Shown piece by piece: positions 59,039 through 64,000 of a stretch of 64,000 nucleotides of DNA (position 1 is the stretch's first letter; each line of letters opens with the position of its first letter). The notes beneath the pieces are model-generated. The model was not told where the DNA came from and made no database searches. It saw nothing but the letters and a program-made list of their open reading frames with translations. The stretch is from Eledone cirrhosa. Its lineage: Eukaryota. The stretch covers positions 53,630,001 to 53,694,000 of the forward strand of contig OZ024746.1 of NCBI GenBank assembly GCA_964016885.1, read 5' to 3'. The position numbers and the translations under genes were made by a program.

Positions 59039-59301
59039 GTGAGGAAGATGAAAGACCAAGGGAGCACCCCTTCTCTGTGCTCCTGAGGAGAAGGGTTGCA
59101 CACCTTTTTCGGGGGGGGTGTGCGACCCCCCAAGGCGCCTCCTCTCTATTGAGGACTTTGTTATAAATTTTATTTTTTGTTATATTTTATTTTATTTTTA
59201 TATATTGTTATTGCCTCCTCCTTATTGAGGACGCCTTGTTTTGTAAACTCCCCCCATTGTACTTGTCCCACTTTTGATGCCCTGGTGGCAAATAAAAGAA
59301 A
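56400..59301 (+). mobile_element. 5'-truncated Tx1-clade (L1 superfamily) non-LTR retrotransposon, copy 1
   Basis: ORF2 RT motifs KSPGLDGLP, NFRPITLLN, LDQSKAFDRVDH, RQGCPLS and YADD, plus C-terminal CPRC..ETVAHALVHC. One frameshift near 57800. The 3' UTR ends GTGGCAAATAAAAGAAA and abuts (TATC)n. Confidence 0.93.
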
Positions 59302-59303
59302 CA

Positions 59304-59311
59304 TATCTATC

Positions 59312-59394
<83 letters not shown>

Positions 59395-59395
59395 A

Positions 59396-59445
<50 letters not shown>
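59304..59445. repeat. (TATC)n microsatellite separating the two Tx1 copies
   Basis: Near-perfect ATCT repeat, seen directly. Confidence 0.97.
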
Positions 59446-59667
59446 CCAGACGTGTGTAACTTCGCGGAGAAGTTTTCGTTATTTTATGTAAGAAAAAAAC
59501 GTGATTTTTCAGTTAAATGTTATATTATTGTGTAACTTGACCCCCCGTCTGGACCTTCAGGTGGTGGGTCAACTCATTTTCTCCCCTACAGGGACGAAAT
59601 ATTCGTTTGAAAAATTTTTTCTCCATCGAATTTTTGAAAAAATATCGTAAGAAGTTTGATTACGTTA

Positions 59668-61500
59668 TGAATGCTGCGTTCAACGATAATGGTGGTGGAG
59701 AGTCGGTAAGACTATATAGCTCGCAGTCAACATCGTCTTCTTCCCTAGATACTATGGAGATGGAAAGACGAAATGAAAATGTAAAAACAAATTCATATCC
59801 AAACAACACAAATGACAACAACAACAAAGAAAAAAATAAAGACAACACCAATAATACCAGCATCAAAGACAACAACAACACCAACACCAAGGAAAATACG
59901 AATAATATCAACATCAGTGACAACAAGAATAACAACAACAATAACAACAATAATGACAACACCACCAACACGGATAATTCCACAAAGAAACCAAAAATCC
60001 CCTTTGCACAGACAGTTCAGAAAAAGGAGGACTGACATATCTTGACATAACAAATGCCGAACAACTTTTAAAGGACGCTAGGAGATATGTCACTTTCGAA
60101 AAGAATGATGCTTTCAGCATCAATTCTCCGGTAGAAATCCGCAAGGAAACTGCTCTCAAAACGATAGTTTTTAGGACAGTTTCCAATTCTACAGAATTGT
60201 CACAGAAAGAAATTGAACTGGTTTTCAAAAATTCAATGAATGATATTTCATTCATTCAAAGAGGCAAACTCTTTGGGAGTATTTCGGTACTCATGAAGGA
60301 TCAACTGACGGCCCCAAATTACTCTGTGTCGCCAATTGTATCCAACCTGTATACCTTTTTCCCTACATACATGGGGAAAAGGACACAAAAGATTAAAATC
60401 ACGAGTGTCACACCAAAGGTGAACATATGGTGGATACTGTGCGGCTTCATCAATTTTGATGAAGACAGAATACTGTCAGTAGGAAAGTCCCCCAGAGATG
60501 TATTCAATGGGACTAGCATTGAAGTTCTGGTGCAAATGAGCCCAGAGCGAATAGCTATGATCCCACAACGTGTACTCCTGGACGGACTCACCTACATAAA
60601 CTTTTCGGTTGAGGGTAGGCGGCCTTCATGTTACCACTGCTTTAGCAGGGGTCACCTGAGGGCTTCCTGTCCTAAATTAACGAGTAAAAAAAAAGGCTCT
60701 TCTGCCGACACCCATAAAAACCAACCAACCACCAACACCACCACAACAACAACAACACCAACACACAAAAATAAACACAACAAACACAGTTCCACCTAAA
60801 ACCACTGCAAAATCACATACAGACACAACACCTCCCCAATCACACAGACGATACAACAGATGAGGCTATCTCGCCATCACCCAGTGAAGACGAGGGAGAA
60901 CCGCATCGCTCGAAAAGAAAGAAAAGACATCACAAAAGCAAAAAACCATCAAACACTACCACAAACATACAACCACCAACACAAACAACAAAAACATCAC
61001 AAACAAAACCCCCGCTTCCTGAAAACAAAATACCTACAACAAAACGAAAGCACACACAAGAACTACATACAAAAACAAACACAACACAGGAAAATTACAC
61101 TTACACTTACATAAACACTGAAAACAAAACACTAATGGAAACCATCACGAACAACCCTTCGGTGAAAACCGAAGGGAAAACTTTCGCCCACTCTATTAAA
61201 AATAACAAAAAACTGAACCTAAAACTGATTAGGGTCCCTATACAAACTTATAGGTCCCTAAAAGAAACATTTGAAAAGGATGTGGGGAATTCCTGCGTGA
61301 AACCACTTAACGGCGTCCTTCTCAAATGTCTCCCCACCCCAGACAACCCATCCCACCAGACCCCACCCCACCAAACATCTCCGTCCCCACCCCGCCGGAA
61401 ACCACCACCCACCCAGACAACCCCTCCAACACCCCCATGGAAATCGTGCAGCCTGGTCCCCAGGAGACGAAGGGTGAGTGATCTCTTTTCCTCTTTTAAC
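59668..61500 (+). pseudogene. Tx1 ORF1 (gag-like, zinc knuckle), disrupted
   Basis: CYHCFSRGHLRASC (CX2CX4HX4C) at 60629-60670, preceded by VEGRRP. N/T/K-rich low-complexity linkers, with a frameshift near 60030 and stops further on. Confidence 0.75.
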
Positions 61501-61514
61501 TTTTCAGCACCAAC

Positions 61515-64000
61515 ATGGCCAATATAAGAGTTGGATGTGTGAACGTACGCGGCCTGGGAATGCCCTGGAAACAGGGCAAACACTTAAACGACCTCAGGTC
61601 GCACAGTATGGATGTGGTGGCCATTTGCGAGTCCAGGATCCACAGCGAGAGACAGCCTGTCCCCATCTTCGATGACTTTGAGATCTACGCATCTCTCTGT
61701 CAACCGGGGGGTGGGGAGGAGTTGCCGTTTTGCTGCGGAAACACCTGGGCCTCGTAACACAGACGGTACATCTGGACCCAGAGGGTCGACTGGTGGTCCT
61801 AGACGTTGACGGTAGTGAAGGTGGAGCCTTCAGGCTGGTGGCCGCATATGCCCCATCCGGGACACCGCGGCCAGACTTCTTCAAACGTCTAGAGACTTTT
61901 TTGGGAACGTCCCGCTCCTTGCTTTTAGTGGGGAACTGGAATGGAATCCTAGATGCACGTTGGGACTATGTGGGAGCATGTCCCGATAAAGGGGGGTGTA
62001 ACAGCCTCAAACAGTTAATCGACCGATCTGACCTGGCCGATAGATATCGATTAGATTTTCCGACTGTGCCACTGTGGACGTGGACTAATCGCAGCGGAAC
62101 ATCTAGATCGTACCTAGATAGGGTTCTAGTTAGAAATAAGGATAGGGACATGTTAAGCTGTCCACAAATGTTCATGGTTGCCTATTCAGACCTGCATGGC
62201 CAACCTTGATAGAACCCATAGACAAGGACCCGGCTACTGGAAGCTGAACTTGTCGCTACCGACAAACAAATCCTACAGTAGACGGATTAGCACGTTAGTT
62301 AAACAGCACTTGACAGGGGCCATTGTCAACAACAGATGGTGGTACTCTCTCAAGAGGGCAGTTAGATTAGACTCGTTAGTTTTTAGTAAAGAATTAGCGT
62401 TAGATAGAAATAGAACTGAGAAGGAACTGGTAGATAAAGTAGAAGAGGCATTTAGAAGTGGCAACGTAGCCAGGGTGCTAGCAACGAGAACGGCCTTGGA
62501 CCAGTTCTTCGACGCAAAGCACGAGGGCTGCGTTGTCAGAAGCAAAATAAGTGCTCTGGGAAACGAGTGAGCCAAAGCTGTTAGCTGGGACCGAGTGACG
62601 GAGGCAAAAAGTGGCAACAGTCCACGATTCGGTCTTTGAAGGACCAAAACGGACGCGTGATACGTGAGCCGAAGCAGATGTGTGCGGCCTTTCAGCGGCA
62701 CTTTGCTCAACTGTTCGGGCGGGGCGGCGCGCCAGGAGGGGCTATGGATTTCGGTCCATACCTCGACGGCCTACCGCGACTCTCGGACAGCGAGGCAAAG
62801 TTCTGCGAAAAGCCGATTTCAGCCGCTGAGATAGGGGACGCGCTGAGCCAATGCGGCAAACGAAAATCTCCAGGTCTCGACGGTCCACCCTATGAATTTT
62901 ACGTAGCAATGCCGGACTTATTCTCCGGTCTCCTGGAAGCGGTCTACTGCAACTGGCAACAGAACGGGAGAATTCCCATTTCTGTAACCGGGGGCGTGGT
63001 CACACTAGTCAGGAAGGACGAGAATAAGGGGGATGACATAGGCAACTTCCGGCCCATAACTCTGCTAAACACAGAGTTACAGATTTTGGCCAAGGTGTTG
63101 GCAAAGAGGCTGGCACTTGTCGTCGAGAACCTGGTGGGAGAAGCGCAGACATGCGCAATCCCGACCAGGTCCATACACGACAACGTCCACCTCATGCGAT
63201 ACATCATAGAGAGGGTAGGGTGTAAACCCGGCTTCGGTGGGGCCCTGATCAACTTGGATCAGTCTAAGGCTTTCGATAGGGTTGACCATCGTTAGCTGGA
63301 TGCGCTGCTCGAGGCGGCAGGCTTCGGACCCGTGTTCAGGGTCTGGATTGTTGCAATGCACAACAGCAACATCTGCTCAAAGATCAACGTGAACGGCTAC
63401 CTCTCGGAGCCGTTCCATATTACGCGATCCATTCGACAGGGATGCCCTCTCTCCTCCCTTCTGTACGTACTGACTCTAGATCCACTACTGCGGAAGTTGG
63501 AGCTATTGCAGGGCATCCCGCTGGAACCGGGAATGCGGTCGAGCGCCTCGCAAATCGAGGAAGTCGGCACCTTACTGAAGGAATACGAGAGTTTCACAGG
63601 AGCGAAGCTGAACCGGGACAAGTCCATCGGTTTGCAACTCGGATCGTGGAGAGGCAAACCAATGCTTTCCGATGGCGTCGTCGGACGCTGGACGGAAGGA
63701 CCCGTAAAGCTGCTCGGGGTCTGGTTTGGTCCGGACCTCCAGGTGGAGAAGAACTGGAACGAAGTGTTTGCACTCACCCAGAAGTGGGTCGAGTGCAGAC
63801 TATCCTTGAAAGGTCGAGCGGAGGTGGCGAACACTTTTATAGCGTCCGCCATCTACTACCGCTTGACCGTCGTGCCTTGTCCAGCCAAAACGCTCTCCAA
63901 AATGGAGCGCGCGCTCTTCAAATTCCTTTGGAAGACGCGGGCTCCTTTGGTGAGAAGATCCATCTGCTGCCAACACCCTTCTAACGGAGGGCTGGGGATG
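61515..64000 (+). pseudogene. Tx1 ORF2 (APE endonuclease + RT), multiply inactivated
   Basis: Frameshifts near 61715, 62190 and 62620, stops at 62568-70 and 63293-95, and a 42-nt deletion at 63538/9 that removes YADD. Confidence 0.9.

Larger units (their letters stand above)
59446..64000 (+). mobile_element. Degenerate Tx1-clade LINE with its 5' end, copy 2 (runs off the window)
   Basis: Starts right after (TATC)n. It has a 5' UTR, a disrupted ORF1 with a CCHC knuckle, and ORF2 from 61515 with an APE endonuclease (VGCVNVRGL, ICESR, RLVAAYAP, GNWN, SYLDRVL) and an RT similar to copy 1. Confidence 0.92.

Overview
This is eukaryotic, microsatellite-saturated genomic DNA with a 200-N assembly gap at 40074-40273. 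The SINE repertoire and the (TA)n/(CA)n/(TATC)n density suggest an octopod cephalopod (inference). Almost all ORFs in the supplied track are simple-repeat artefacts. A real host gene is hidden on the minus strand and is missed by that track: two tiny coding exons (39851-39790 and 12573-12533) splice in phase to MKMDSQTPQTNSTDEIPNDPG|KMFIGGLSWQTTG, the N-terminus of a Musashi/Rbp6 RRM protein, so roughly 1-39.8 kb is intronic. A candidate alternative first exon and promoter lie at about 46.5-47.2 kb. The right end holds two head-to-tail Tx1-clade LINEs at a (TATC)n microsatellite, with further truncated copies in TATC tracts. Other repeats include Helitron, HERO and hAT-MITE remnants and many tRNA-derived SINEs. 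The most unusual signal is a set of small elements in (TA)n tracts that carry minimal hammerhead-ribozyme motifs (Penelope-like pLTR type). At least three sequence-distinct families share one architecture: a fold-back inversion centred on or near ribozyme stem II, a palindromic stem III loop, and a conserved TATTGAGTAC motif usually 37-41 nt past the cleavage triplet. One copy carries hammerhead cores on both strands, and a separate family has one apparently intact core at 55492-55583. All structure calls were made by eye.
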